Notes under the pieces: model-generated
Seen by the model: only the letters and a program-made list of their open reading frames with translations
The model's database searches: none
Told to the model about the DNA's origin: nothing
Assembly (NCBI GenBank): GCA_964525995.1
Contig: CAZGIM010000005.1
Coordinates: 3,811-67,810, forward strand
Source of the DNA: an uncultured Prolixibacteraceae bacterium
GTDB lineage: Bacteria; Bacteroidota; Bacteroidia; Bacteroidales; FEN-979
Direction: 5' to 3'
Length of the DNA: 64,000 bases
Translations under genes and position numbers: made by a program
In this document: piece by piece, positions 37,428 to 48,637 of the stretch
Layout of the letters: each line of letters starts with the position of its first letter
Position numbering within the stretch: position 1 is the first letter of the stretch

Positions 37428-39821
37428 ATGATAAAAAATATTTTTCGCATCATTGTCCGGAATATTTTAAGACAAAAGGGGTTTACCGTCCTCAATGTTA
37501 CCGGGCTGGCCGTTGGCATGGCTGCTTCACTGCTCATCCTCATGTGGGTATTGAATGAATTGAGCTATGAGGATTTCAACCAGCATGCCGGCCGGATTTA
37601 TATGGTGAACCAAGATCAGTTTTACACAGGCGAACGATACCGTGTCTCAGTCACGCCTCATCCCTGTGCCCCGGTTTGGAAAGAGCGGATCCCAGGGATC
37701 AGGGAATCGACCCGGCTGGTCTTTTTTCCCAAAATGCTGTTCCGCATGGGCGACAAGGTGTTCCTGGAGAGCAGGGTCAAGGCAGCCGACTCAGGACTGT
37801 TGAAAGTATTTACATTCCCATTGATATCCGGCGACGTCCATACCGCCTTGCGCGACCCGCATTCGATCATCCTTTCAGAGAAACTTGCGAAGAAATATTT
37901 TGGTGATGTGAATCCGGTCGGGAGGACCATTGCCGTCGAAAATAAATATCCGTTCACCGTGAGCGCCGTGATGAAAGACATTCCGAAGAATTCCGTATTC
38001 AGCACGGCCACTCCGTCATGGCTCGGAATAGATGCCATTATCCCTTACTCATTCCTGAAGGAGATCGGCATGACCGACGATTCGTGGGGTAACAACAGCA
38101 TCTTCACCTTTGTGCTGCTTGATAAGGGAGCAGATATCAAATCGATCAACAAACAGCTGACTGCTATTGTCGTGGAACACGATCCGGAGACCAATGCGAA
38201 GTTTTTCCTGTACCCCTGGCTGGATTTCCGGCTGCACTTCACTTTCGGATACGGGGAAGGTAAAGGTGACATTGTCAATATCTATATCTTCATTGTCATT
38301 GCCGCCTTTATCCTTCTTATAGCCTGCATCAACTTTATCAATCTCTCCATTGCCAAAGCCGCTTTAAGAGGAAAGGAGATCGGGATAAAGAAGGTGGCGG
38401 GAGCAAACCGGCTTACCATGATTTTCCAGTTCATGGTTGAATCATTCGTAATGGTGCTGATCGCCCTGATCATTGCACTGATTCTTGTTAGTCTGTCGCT
38501 CGGTGTTTTCAATTCGGTATCGGGCAAAAGTTTCACGGTGGCCGACATATTCCAGGTAAAATTTATCGTGGGATTCTTACTCACTGGGTTGATTACCGGG
38601 TTCCTGGCTGGGATTTATCCTGCATTCTATTTGTCGTCGCTCAAGCCTGTCACGGTACTGAAAGGGGAGACAGCTTCCGGGAAAAGAAACAGCCGTCTCA
38701 GGCAGGTGCTCGTCGTGATACAGTTTTCGCTTTCGGTTTTCATCGCGCTTGGCGCTGTTTTCATGTACCTCCAGTTAAAATTCATGCAGGAGAAGGAGCT
38801 TGGTTATGATAAAGAGAATCTCATATGCATCTCCATGAATAAGAGTGTAAGGTCGGGGTATTACACCCTGAAGAGAGAATTGCTGAAGGAACCACGTATA
38901 CTGGGCGTCACTGCTTCACAACAGAATCCGGCCATGATCGGAAGCAATGGCGGCGGGGCCACCTGGAAGGGCAAAGATCCTAAACAGGAGGTGTTGATCG
39001 GGCAAAACGTCATCGATTACGATTATCTGAGTACCATGAAAATAAGGCTTGTAAGCGGGCGCGATTTCTCGCGCGACCACCCGGCCGATATGGGTGATAC
39101 GACAGGGAATTTCCTGGTGAATGAAGAGGTGGCGAAGCTGATGGGAGGCGGCGATGTGGTGGGAAAAAGTTTCAGTTTCATGGGCCAGCAGGGGATCATC
39201 GTGGGCGTGATGAAAAACTTCCATTACCAGGGGGCGCAGGAGCCCATTGAACCTATGGCGTTCGCAGTGAGCGACAGCAAGTCGTTCTCAAACATACTGG
39301 TAAGGCTTTCACCCGGTGATATTCCATCGGCCCTGCAGCGCGTTGAAACGGTTTGGAAAAGGATTGTGCCCGATTACCCCCTTGAATACAGTTTTATTGA
39401 CCAGGACTACAATAGCCACTACATCAAGGAAATGAGGATGGGGCTTTTGCTGAAATACTTCACCATCATTGCACTGATCATTGCCTGCCTGGGATTGTAT
39501 GGTCTCTCGACTCACGCGGCCAGCCGGCGGACCCGTGAAATCGGTGTCCGAAAGGTGATGGGAGCCGACACTATCTCGGTGATTTTCGCCTTATCGAAAG
39601 AATTTCTTGTACTGGTGGTCATTGCCATCGCTATTGCGTTTCCGTTAGGCTGGTATGCCGTTCATAAAATGTTGCTTGAGTTTGCTTACCGGATCAATAT
39701 AAACTGGCTGGTCTTTGGCGCCATCGGACTAGGTGCGCTGGCTGTTGCCCTCATAACCGTGAGTTTTCAGGCATACAAGGCTTCCTGTGTAAATCCTGCA
39801 ATTGCACTAAAAACAGAGTGA
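37428..39821 (+). CDS. ABC permease 1 (MacB_PCD/FtsX, two repeats)
   Basis: LNVTGLAVG, IACINFINL, KEIGIKKV.GA, LGYDKEN and REIGVRKVMGA. Confidence 0.92.
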   Translation: MIKNIFRIIVRNILRQKGFTVLNVTGLAVGMAASLLILMWVLNELSYEDFNQHAGRIYMVNQDQFYTGERYRVSVTPHPCAPVWKERIPGIRESTRLVFFPKMLFRMGDKVFLESRVKAADSGLLKVFTFPLISGDVHTALRDPHSIILSEKLAKKYFGDVNPVGRTIAVENKYPFTVSAVMKDIPKNSVFSTATPSWLGIDAIIPYSFLKEIGMTDDSWGNNSIFTFVLLDKGADIKSINKQLTAIVVEHDPETNAKFFLYPWLDFRLHFTFGYGEGKGDIVNIYIFIVIAAFILLIACINFINLSIAKAALRGKEIGIKKVAGANRLTMIFQFMVESFVMVLIALIIALILVSLSLGVFNSVSGKSFTVADIFQVKFIVGFLLTGLITGFLAGIYPAFYLSSLKPVTVLKGETASGKRNSRLRQVLVVIQFSLSVFIALGAVFMYLQLKFMQEKELGYDKENLICISMNKSVRSGYYTLKRELLKEPRILGVTASQQNPAMIGSNGGGATWKGKDPKQEVLIGQNVIDYDYLSTMKIRLVSGRDFSRDHPADMGDTTGNFLVNEEVAKLMGGGDVVGKSFSFMGQQGIIVGVMKNFHYQGAQEPIEPMAFAVSDSKSFSNILVRLSPGDIPSALQRVETVWKRIVPDYPLEYSFIDQDYNSHYIKEMRMGLLLKYFTIIALIIACLGLYGLSTHAASRRTREIGVRKVMGADTISVIFALSKEFLVLVVIAIAIAFPLGWYAVHKMLLEFAYRININWLVFGAIGLGALAVALITVSFQAYKASCVNPAIALKTE

Positions 39822-39888
39822 AATACAATAATCCGATGCCATCCTGCGAAACATCAGGAAAAATGCAGAGAACAATTAACCTGATCCC

Positions 39889-41427
39889 ATGAAACTTGTA
39901 AATTGTGCAACGATAATCACACTCACGATCCTGCTCCTGTCGTGTCAGGGCAATCGACTGGAAAACGATGAGGATAAACTCTCGGCTGAAATACTCCTGC
40001 AGGAAAAAGAGGAGGCAGAACGCATTGAACGTGAAAACAGGCTGGCCGATTCACTGAAAAAGCTCCCTCCCGGATTCCGGTTCAGGGAAGATCGTTCGGT
40101 TGATCCCTCCCACCCACCGGTGATCATCGACATTGCCGGAAGTCTTGAAAATATAAAAGATTTCGCACTTTCGGACGTGGCTTCCAAAATCACCTATATC
40201 CGGATGGAAAAGCTCCCCGATTCCTCCTTCGCCACAGTAATGAAGTTCAGATATTACCTGATGGATTCGAATATCGTGGCGGTTAATCCATCGGGAATCA
40301 TCCTCTTTTCACGAAACGGGAAATACAAGTGTACTGTGGTGAAGAATGAAACCACCGGTATTGAAGTAAGCGCCAACCGAATGACGGTTATGGGCAACAG
40401 CACCTTTGTCGGCGGCGGTACCACCATTTGGTCGGCCGGTAACAACCTGTTCTACAAATACCGGAATTCGCTCACGGGTCAGTCGTATATCATGGAATAT
40501 GATTGTTCGCAACCTCCGGTGAGTCTTTCCATGGGATTTGACCCGGAAAAGCCTGACAAGATCAGGGGGATGGGCCGGATTGCCATCGATCTCAACCACG
40601 GGAAAAGAGTGGCTCCTCAAAAAGGTAATGTCAACGGTATGTGGTCCTCAGGAACTGACTTTATGTACCAGCAGCTGAGTTCCATGATGCTTGATCGAAA
40701 CACCTATGTCCGGCAATTGTCCAGTCCATTCGATATGAACGGTAAATACTCCCTGGGGATCTTCGGTCAACAGGGTGATACCCTGGCGACTTTTACCCAG
40801 TTTGAAAAGGTGGACCGCTTTTCAAAAACGGTTATGCGGGGTACGGATCAAGGCGTCCAGTATGAAAATAAAGGAAGGTACTACATACGTAATGCATTTA
40901 ACGACACCGTTTTCCTGGTGTTACCTCCCAACCGGCTGTTACCGGTATATGTACTGAGGCTTGGCAAATACAAGCTGCTGAAAAAAGAAGGAGTGGATCC
41001 TGATTTCAACCTGAGTGGCAAAATAATCCCTGAAACCTGGGCCGATACCAGAAATTTCATATTTCTGACTTTCTCTAAAGACAGTTACAACTGTCCGAAT
41101 ACCCGAGAAAGCAAGCAACTGAAACAATACTATGCGCTCTTCTCCAAATCGACCCGTAAGCTCTACCTTGTGAAGGGCGATCCGTATAACTATGACCCTG
41201 ATATTCTGAAAAATAATCTGGATGGCGGGATGTCTGTTTGGCCATCCTCCTGGATGGTGGGCAACCACGGCGAGATACTGATCTCATTGAAGGGAAAAGA
41301 GCTGAAAGAACACGAAAATTCTGCCACGTTCAGCGCCTCAACTGCCCCGGCGGCAAAAAAGAAAGAGTTGCTTAAATTGATCCAATCATTACGCGATGAT
41401 GAAGACATCCTGATGGTTGTCGAATAA
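39889..41427 (+). CDS. Lipoprotein with 6-bladed beta-propeller (DUF4934/DUF5128-like)
   Basis: Lipobox LLLSC, LSDVASKITYIRME and NNLDGGMSVWP, typical of Bacteroidales BF3164-like lipoproteins. Confidence 0.7.
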   Translation: MKLVNCATIITLTILLLSCQGNRLENDEDKLSAEILLQEKEEAERIERENRLADSLKKLPPGFRFREDRSVDPSHPPVIIDIAGSLENIKDFALSDVASKITYIRMEKLPDSSFATVMKFRYYLMDSNIVAVNPSGIILFSRNGKYKCTVVKNETTGIEVSANRMTVMGNSTFVGGGTTIWSAGNNLFYKYRNSLTGQSYIMEYDCSQPPVSLSMGFDPEKPDKIRGMGRIAIDLNHGKRVAPQKGNVNGMWSSGTDFMYQQLSSMMLDRNTYVRQLSSPFDMNGKYSLGIFGQQGDTLATFTQFEKVDRFSKTVMRGTDQGVQYENKGRYYIRNAFNDTVFLVLPPNRLLPVYVLRLGKYKLLKKEGVDPDFNLSGKIIPETWADTRNFIFLTFSKDSYNCPNTRESKQLKQYYALFSKSTRKLYLVKGDPYNYDPDILKNNLDGGMSVWPSSWMVGNHGEILISLKGKELKEHENSATFSASTAPAAKKKELLKLIQSLRDDEDILMVVE

Positions 41428-41438
41428 TTACAAAGCCA

Positions 41439-43835
41439 ATGATCAATCCATTTAGAATAGTTTTTCGCAACCTCATACGTAAACCGGTTTACTCCTTGAT
41501 CACCCTGCTGGGGTTTACCCTCGGCGTGATGGCCAGTTTATTGATCTACCTGTGGGTGCTGAATGAATTGAGCTATGAAAAGTTCCATCCCGGTCATGAC
41601 CGGATTTACCGTGTACTCACGCTTGCCAAAGAGGGCGATGAGGTGGTGAAATCGGCCGGGTGCTACCGGCCGGTTGCGAAAACCCTGAAGATGACCTACC
41701 CGCAAATCGAAAGCGCCACCTACCTCAGTTTCGATTCAGAGGACTCCCCCCTGAAAAGGGAGCAGGGTGACGAAAAGATCGAGTCACGCTGTATGAGTAC
41801 CAATGAGGATTTCTTTGCCATTTTCAGCGGATTTACCTTCCTTGAGGGCACACCGGAAAACGCATTTTCAAAACCATCAAACACTGTGCTTTCGGAGGAG
41901 GTCGCCCGAAAATTGTTCGGCAAGGAGCCGGCTTTAGGCAAAATTGTCGTCAGTGACAAGTATGATAAGAACATTTATATCGTAAGCGGAGTTGTTCGGA
42001 TACCAAAGCAGAGCCACCTCGATTTCGGGTTTGTTGTTTCAGGGAAATGCAACAGGTACGCTTATTTGGAGGACAGCTGGGGCGATAAGGCCCATGTGCG
42101 CGTTTACATCAAACTTGTAAAGAATGCTTTGATCGACGACAAGTTTCTGAATTCCATTGCCAACCACCTTGGCCGGTTCACCAGGCTGAAGGATAAACTT
42201 GTATTTCAGCCGCTGACTGATATCCATCTGCACACCGATTACCAGACATACCTCTATGATAAAAATATCAGCAACTCCAAGTATGTATGGATCTTCTCCG
42301 GGTTGGCCCTGTTGATCATTCTTATGGCGGCACTGAATTTTTCGGTGTTGTCGGTGGCGCGGTCATCGGAGCGGTCAACAGAAATAGGTATCAAAAAAGT
42401 GTGTGGCGCCGAACGATCCGGTATTATCCTTCAGTTTATGGGCGAAGCGGTTGTACAAACCACGGCGGCTACGCTGATAGCCCTCTTTCTGATCTGTTTG
42501 ATCCTGCCCTGGTTCAATGCATTTACCGGGCAATCCCTCACCATGAATTATTCTTTCGGGCTGATGATCATTATTCTGCTGTTAACGGTTTTAGTGGGGG
42601 TTGTTGCAGGTATTTATCCCTCCTTGTACCTGTCCTCCTTAAAAACCACCAGAATCTTCCGGGGCGGGAGCCAGACCGGGTCGAAGAGCAATTTTACCAG
42701 GTTACTGGTGGTGATACAGTTCAGCATCGCTGCCTTCTTCATCATTGTCACATCGTTCTTTATCAAGCAGCTAAATTATATCCAGGGGAAAGATCTGGGT
42801 TTCGACCGGAAAAATATCGTGGTCATTCCAACAGGTCTTTGGTATGAGAATAGATCTTTTAAGGATGAGTTGTTGAAGAATACCAACATCCTGGGGGTAA
42901 CTGCAACCGCCAATGCTCCCATTGACTTCAACTGGCAGGTGAGGCTTGCTATCGACCATGCCGGCCGTTCTGATAGCATCAGGGCCGCCATGATTTGGGC
43001 GGATGAGGACTTTGCTAAAACCTATAAATTGGAAATTGTAAAGGGACAATTCCTCCGGATGGATTTCGATGGATTCTGGAAAGCCCTGGAAGCTGATACC
43101 AGCCGAAAACCGGTGGGGGAGGAGCGTTTTTCCTTACCTGCTGTCATCAATGAAGCGGCTGAAAAAGCCTTCGGGTATAAGAACCCTATCGGAGAGCGAA
43201 TCGGGAACTATGTCATAGTCGGAGTAGTAAAGGACTTTCATTTCCGTCCGCTTCATTATCCAATCGGTCCACTGATCTTGACCTACGATCCGCAAAACAT
43301 CATGACAATGAATGTACGCATATCAGACAATAACCGGGCAGAGACCTTGAAATTCATTCGCGATGTTTACCGGAAACACCGGCATTCGAGAGGATTTTCC
43401 TACAGTTACTTCGACGACCTGCTGGCTCGGAAATACCAGGATGAGGTGAGGCTTCGCAACCTGACCCTGATCTTTTCGGCCCTGGCCATCATCATCGCCA
43501 TGCTTGGCATCCTGGGTATGGCCGTATTTTCCTGCAACCGCCGCACCAAAGAAATCGGGATCCGCAAAGCCAATGGCGCCTCCATATCCGAAATCCTGTT
43601 CATGCTGAACAAAGAGTTCCTGAAATGGGTGGTGGTGGCTTTTTTGATCGCCATACCGGTAGCCTGGTATGCAATGTACCAGTGGATCGGGAATTTTGCA
43701 TACCGGACCGGACTCAGTTGGTGGGTGTTTCTGCTGGCAGCCTGTCTGACCCTGTTCACAGCCCTGATTGCGGTAAACTGGCATGCCTTCAGTGTGGCCC
43801 GAAGAAATCCTGTTGAGGCGCTGCGAGATGAATAA
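41439..43835 (+). CDS. ABC permease 2 (MacB_PCD/FtsX)
   Basis: FQPLTDIHL, EIGIKKV.GA, LGFDRKN, KEIGIRKANGA and NPVEALRDE. Confidence 0.92.
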   Translation: MINPFRIVFRNLIRKPVYSLITLLGFTLGVMASLLIYLWVLNELSYEKFHPGHDRIYRVLTLAKEGDEVVKSAGCYRPVAKTLKMTYPQIESATYLSFDSEDSPLKREQGDEKIESRCMSTNEDFFAIFSGFTFLEGTPENAFSKPSNTVLSEEVARKLFGKEPALGKIVVSDKYDKNIYIVSGVVRIPKQSHLDFGFVVSGKCNRYAYLEDSWGDKAHVRVYIKLVKNALIDDKFLNSIANHLGRFTRLKDKLVFQPLTDIHLHTDYQTYLYDKNISNSKYVWIFSGLALLIILMAALNFSVLSVARSSERSTEIGIKKVCGAERSGIILQFMGEAVVQTTAATLIALFLICLILPWFNAFTGQSLTMNYSFGLMIIILLLTVLVGVVAGIYPSLYLSSLKTTRIFRGGSQTGSKSNFTRLLVVIQFSIAAFFIIVTSFFIKQLNYIQGKDLGFDRKNIVVIPTGLWYENRSFKDELLKNTNILGVTATANAPIDFNWQVRLAIDHAGRSDSIRAAMIWADEDFAKTYKLEIVKGQFLRMDFDGFWKALEADTSRKPVGEERFSLPAVINEAAEKAFGYKNPIGERIGNYVIVGVVKDFHFRPLHYPIGPLILTYDPQNIMTMNVRISDNNRAETLKFIRDVYRKHRHSRGFSYSYFDDLLARKYQDEVRLRNLTLIFSALAIIIAMLGILGMAVFSCNRRTKEIGIRKANGASISEILFMLNKEFLKWVVVAFLIAIPVAWYAMYQWIGNFAYRTGLSWWVFLLAACLTLFTALIAVNWHAFSVARRNPVEALRDE

Positions 43836-43858
43836 ATGATTCCATAACCATCGCTGAC

Positions 43859-46171
43859 ATGTTTAAACATATTTTGAAAATCACACTGCGGAATTACAGG
43901 AAGAACCTTTTATTTACCCTGATCATTGTATTCGGACTGGCCATCAGCATGGCCACTATCCTGGTCATCACCCGTTATGTCATCCAGGAATACAGTATGG
44001 ATAAATTCCATAGAGCGTACAATAATATTTTCCTTCTCATGAATATTGCCTCCGATGGCAACAGCTCAACGGTAAAACAGGACTGGGCTGAGAAAATCAG
44101 ATCCAGCTATCCTGAAGTCAAAGAGACTTGCCGCATTGACCGCATCGAGTTCAATGTGATCCAATCATCCGGTCCCATAAGACTGAAACAAATATTATCC
44201 ACTGATCCCTCCTTTTTCAACATCTTTTCATTTCCTGTTGTTAAAGGAGATTCGGCCAATCCATTACCTGATCTGCAATCCATCGTTATCACCGAAAGTA
44301 CTGCCAGGAAGCTTTTCGGCACTGATGAACCTTTGGGAAAAACAGTTAAAATAAAACTCGATGATAAGGAAGAGCAGTTAACGGTAACCGCCATTACCAA
44401 AGATCCTCCTTCAGATTCCAGAATTCAGTTCGAGGCGCTGGTTTCCTATGAGAATAAATCCTTTCATTACCGCATGATGTCATTCAGCAGCATGAAAAAG
44501 GGCATTCACCAGGTTATTTATATGTGCGATATCTACCTGTTGATTCATCCAAAAGCCAATATTCCCCGGATGGATAACCGGCTGAAAAATGAATCCTACA
44601 GAGAAATGAAAGAAGATGGCTTCTTTTCTTACCTGAAATTTCATCCTTATTCAGAGGTTTATTTCGATAAAACACAAACCGACAGCTTTAAACATGGCGA
44701 TAAAACCATGCTTTTTGTCTTCAGTTCGCTGGCTTTTCTGCTGATCCTGCTTGCCTGCATCAACTACATCAACCTGACGACTATAAAAGCTTTTTCACGT
44801 ACCCGGGAGATCGGCTACAAGAAAGTTTCCGGAGCTTCACGCAAAACACTGACTCTGCAGTTCCTTTTTGAATCGGTCGGCCTTTCGGTCATTGCATTTA
44901 TTTTTGGAATATTCTTATCGAAATATTTGGCCAGCATGTTCAGCAAGCTCGTCAACAGCGGGGTGGATGTCACCTGGTTTTTCCGGTTCCCGCAGCTCCT
45001 CTGGGTTTTGCTGTTCATGTTAATCCTCGGACTGATCTCCGGTTATTATCCATCCCTGTATCTCTCCCGGATAAAAACCTCGGAACTGTTCAATAGCCGG
45101 AGTATGAACAACAAGCACATTCTACTGCTACCCAAAAACCTTTTCATCTTCCAGTTTACCATTGCTGTCACCCTGATTATCTCCGCCATGGTAATTGAAA
45201 AACAACTGAATTTTATCAATACCAAGGATCTCGGATTTGACAAAAACAACATGTTACATCTTACCATACCCAGCGAGATCAAACCTTTTGCACTGAAATC
45301 GGAGTTGATGAACAGTCCAGGCATCTCCAATATCACCCTTTCTTACGGAACTCCTGCAAAACTGGCGGCTACCGATGGAAAATATTGGTTCATCTCAACC
45401 GATACTTCCTTTATCCCCACTTTCGGGATCAGGATACTGAAGGGAAGGAATTTTGCACCGGGGGATAAGAATGTCTGCCTGGTCAACGAAACCCTCATGA
45501 AGGAAAACAAATGGGAGGATTTTCGCGGAAAGCGAACCGACAACGGAGAGATCATCGGGGTGGTGCAGGATTTTCATACCAGTTCCCTGTATGAGAAAAT
45601 CGTTCCGGTTGAGATTGATTTCAATACTTCCTTTCTCTTCGACATGAGTATAAAATTGAATGGCACCGATACCAAAGGAACACTTGATTTCATCAAGGCC
45701 ACATGGAAAAAGATGGCCCCTTACAGCCCTATGGAGTATTATTTTTATGACGACTGGATCGGCAGGCAATATAAAAAAGATGAAGCCTTTGCAAGACTGA
45801 TCTCTGCGTTCACCTTTATTGCCATACTGATATCCTGCCTGGGATTATTCGGACTGCTGGTATACGTGATCGAACGACGGGCAAAAGAGATCGGCATCCG
45901 CAAGATCAATGGAGCCGAAACCCTGGAAATTCTGGTGATGCTCAACAAAAACTTTTTAAAATGGGTAGCTATTGCATTTGTGATTGCCGCCCCCATTGCC
46001 TGGCTCCTCCTGTACAGATGGCTCCAGAATTTTGCGTATAAGACGAGGCTCAATGGGTGGTTTTTCCTGCTCGCCGGCTTGATCTCAGTGGCCATTGCCC
46101 TGCTGACTGTGAGTTGGAAAAGCTGGCTGGCGGCACGACGGAACCCGGCGGAGGTGTTGAGGGATGAATAG
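43859..46171 (+). CDS. ABC permease 3 (MacB_PCD/FtsX)
   Basis: LACINYINL, REIGYKKV.GA, LGFDKNN and KEIGIRKINGA. Confidence 0.92.
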   Translation: MFKHILKITLRNYRKNLLFTLIIVFGLAISMATILVITRYVIQEYSMDKFHRAYNNIFLLMNIASDGNSSTVKQDWAEKIRSSYPEVKETCRIDRIEFNVIQSSGPIRLKQILSTDPSFFNIFSFPVVKGDSANPLPDLQSIVITESTARKLFGTDEPLGKTVKIKLDDKEEQLTVTAITKDPPSDSRIQFEALVSYENKSFHYRMMSFSSMKKGIHQVIYMCDIYLLIHPKANIPRMDNRLKNESYREMKEDGFFSYLKFHPYSEVYFDKTQTDSFKHGDKTMLFVFSSLAFLLILLACINYINLTTIKAFSRTREIGYKKVSGASRKTLTLQFLFESVGLSVIAFIFGIFLSKYLASMFSKLVNSGVDVTWFFRFPQLLWVLLFMLILGLISGYYPSLYLSRIKTSELFNSRSMNNKHILLLPKNLFIFQFTIAVTLIISAMVIEKQLNFINTKDLGFDKNNMLHLTIPSEIKPFALKSELMNSPGISNITLSYGTPAKLAATDGKYWFISTDTSFIPTFGIRILKGRNFAPGDKNVCLVNETLMKENKWEDFRGKRTDNGEIIGVVQDFHTSSLYEKIVPVEIDFNTSFLFDMSIKLNGTDTKGTLDFIKATWKKMAPYSPMEYYFYDDWIGRQYKKDEAFARLISAFTFIAILISCLGLFGLLVYVIERRAKEIGIRKINGAETLEILVMLNKNFLKWVAIAFVIAAPIAWLLLYRWLQNFAYKTRLNGWFFLLAGLISVAIALLTVSWKSWLAARRNPAEVLRDE

Positions 46172-46242
46172 AATCACTCAATACTGATAATGTGATAGCA
46201 TCAATATGATTGGTAACGAAGCTGATAAAAACATAATTAAAC

Positions 46243-48597
46243 ATGAATGATCTCAGATTTATTTTCAGGATCCTGAAACGGAATCCGCTCTCTTTTTTCG
46301 TCAATGTCATTGGACTGAGTGTAGCATTAACCACGGTGATCTTTACCCTCACCTACATCCGGTATGAGTTGAGCTTTGACCGTCATTTCAAAACCAAAGA
46401 CCGTGTGGTAAGACTATACAGCCGGGTAACCGATAATACAAGCACCCAGGTATATGGTATTTCCCTGCGCAGCGCTTATTCCCAGCTTCCCGAAATGGTA
46501 CCCGAAGTGGAGGCTGCCGTTCAGTTATATGGTGGCTGGCCGGCATCGGTTCAAACCAAAGAAACCAAGGCAGAGAAAGTCGGGATTTTTTATGCCGACC
46601 CTGAATTTTTCAAAGTTTTCGGACTTGGACTCCGCCTTGGTGATGAAAAAACCGCACTGGTTGGGGCCAAAAACGCTGTAATAACCTCTTCTGTTGCAGA
46701 AAAACTTTTCCATTCTACCAACTGCATTGGGAAATCTGTGGAAGCAGATGGAGAACAAGTGGTGATTACCGGTGTAATGGATGAGATTCCAAAAAACTCG
46801 CATCTGAATTTCGGAATCCTGATCTCTATACCAACACTCGAAATGAAATGGTTGTCATCAAGCCTCGAATTTCAAACCTATTACCTGCTGAAACCCAATA
46901 CAGATTTTAAAGCAGCCAGCGAAAAAATTGCAGCTGCCAATAACAGGCTCATGAAAGACTGGGCAAGCAACTGGCATGCAAAAATACAATCGGGGGTGGA
47001 ACCGCTTACCGACCTGTACCTGTATTCGGAGGCAGGTTCATTTATCCCGATCCATGGCAGTACAAAACAAATCGTGATTGTGGGATTGATTGCGTTGTTT
47101 GTCCTGCTTACAGCATTGGTCAGCTATATCAATTTGTTTATCATTCAAGGCGAAAAACGCATTGCCGAAATATCAACCCGTACCATGTTCGGTGCGACTA
47201 AAGCCAGTATTGCCAGGCTGTTTTTTTTGGAAACATTGATCGTTTTTCTTTTTTCTGCTGTTTTAGCATTTCTGATTATCTATATGGCAATGCCATACCT
47301 GTCAAACCTGTTGCAATCAAAAGTTGACCTTTCCGATCTGCTGTCATTTGGAGGAATTCTTTCTGTTATGATTGTGCTGATGGTACTTATCGTGGTTACA
47401 TCAGGCTATCCTGTACTTTATCTTTCGAGAATGAAATACGCGTTGGGGTTGAGGGGAAAGATTTCGGGCAGCGGAAACAGCAACTGGTTATCGATCGCAT
47501 CGGTATTTGTACAGTTCATGGTAGCCTCATTCTTTATTAGTTGCGTTGTTATTATTGTAGCGCAATTATCTTATATGCACCAGGTACCGTTAGGGTTCGA
47601 TAAGAACAATGTTATCACAATCAGCAATTGCAGCGCTCCCATTTCGAAAAAGTATGAAAGCATTAAAACAGAATTGTTGAAACTTCCGTTTGTTACTGCC
47701 GTTTGCGGAGGAGAACATTTTATGGGCGGGGGATGCAGTGGCCAGGTCATCAGGAATGTAACCGATTTGGAAAATAGCAACAAGGCGATCAACGAATACC
47801 GCGAAAAGCCCGGATTTGGTGAACTCATGAATTTTAAGTTGATCGATGGTCGGTTTTTTCGACAATCCATGGCCGACAGCCAGGCGGTCATATTAAACGA
47901 ATCGGCAGTCAAATTACTCGGTTTAAGTCCAAAAGCCGGACAAACAATTATTTACAGGGACGAACGGGTTGAAATTATTGGTGTTGTGAAGGATTTTTAT
48001 TATGAGTTCAACCCTGGTGAGGCCATTGAACCTTTAGTCATTGCCAATTGTTTCTGGGGAACCCCGAACATTTACATCCGTAGCAACAATCCGTTGACAG
48101 AAAGCCAATTGAAGCAGATAAAGACAGTTTTTCATTACTTTGATAATAATTACATTTTCCACCACAGTACCTTGGCAGATATCTTTGATGGTATGTATAA
48201 GAAAGAAAACCGGCTTGCTCAAATGGTTTTCATCGGAGGAACCGAAGTGGTCATCATCAGCCTGCTCAGTTTACTCGCGCTGACTATTCTTAAAATCTCA
48301 CGCCGCACGAAGGAGATTGGAATCAGGAAGGTGAATGGGAGCACGGTTTTAGAACTTGTTTCCGGTTTGTTAAAGGAGACGATGATCATGGTCGCCGGCG
48401 CCATCCTCGTTGCTTCTCTGGCAGGTTACCTGGTAATGGACAGATGGCTTTCGGATTATGCAGAACGCATTCATCTCACCCCGGGATATTTTTTGTTAAG
48501 CGCCTTGTTCGTTTTCATCATCGCCTTTGTTGCAACGATATGGCAGGCCTGGCGGGCTGCCACAAGCAATCCGGTGGAGGCGCTTAAGTATGAATGA
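46243..48597 (+). CDS. ABC permease 4 (MacB_PCD/FtsX)
   Basis: VNVIGLSVA, EPLTDLYL, LGFDKNN, KEIGIRKVNGS and NPVEALKYE. Confidence 0.92.
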   Translation: MNDLRFIFRILKRNPLSFFVNVIGLSVALTTVIFTLTYIRYELSFDRHFKTKDRVVRLYSRVTDNTSTQVYGISLRSAYSQLPEMVPEVEAAVQLYGGWPASVQTKETKAEKVGIFYADPEFFKVFGLGLRLGDEKTALVGAKNAVITSSVAEKLFHSTNCIGKSVEADGEQVVITGVMDEIPKNSHLNFGILISIPTLEMKWLSSSLEFQTYYLLKPNTDFKAASEKIAAANNRLMKDWASNWHAKIQSGVEPLTDLYLYSEAGSFIPIHGSTKQIVIVGLIALFVLLTALVSYINLFIIQGEKRIAEISTRTMFGATKASIARLFFLETLIVFLFSAVLAFLIIYMAMPYLSNLLQSKVDLSDLLSFGGILSVMIVLMVLIVVTSGYPVLYLSRMKYALGLRGKISGSGNSNWLSIASVFVQFMVASFFISCVVIIVAQLSYMHQVPLGFDKNNVITISNCSAPISKKYESIKTELLKLPFVTAVCGGEHFMGGGCSGQVIRNVTDLENSNKAINEYREKPGFGELMNFKLIDGRFFRQSMADSQAVILNESAVKLLGLSPKAGQTIIYRDERVEIIGVVKDFYYEFNPGEAIEPLVIANCFWGTPNIYIRSNNPLTESQLKQIKTVFHYFDNNYIFHHSTLADIFDGMYKKENRLAQMVFIGGTEVVIISLLSLLALTILKISRRTKEIGIRKVNGSTVLELVSGLLKETMIMVAGAILVASLAGYLVMDRWLSDYAERIHLTPGYFLLSALFVFIIAFVATIWQAWRAATSNPVEALKYE

Positions 48598-48637
48598 ATT
48601 CTGATGGTCATCTATCTTCACTTGATTGACCAAGGCC

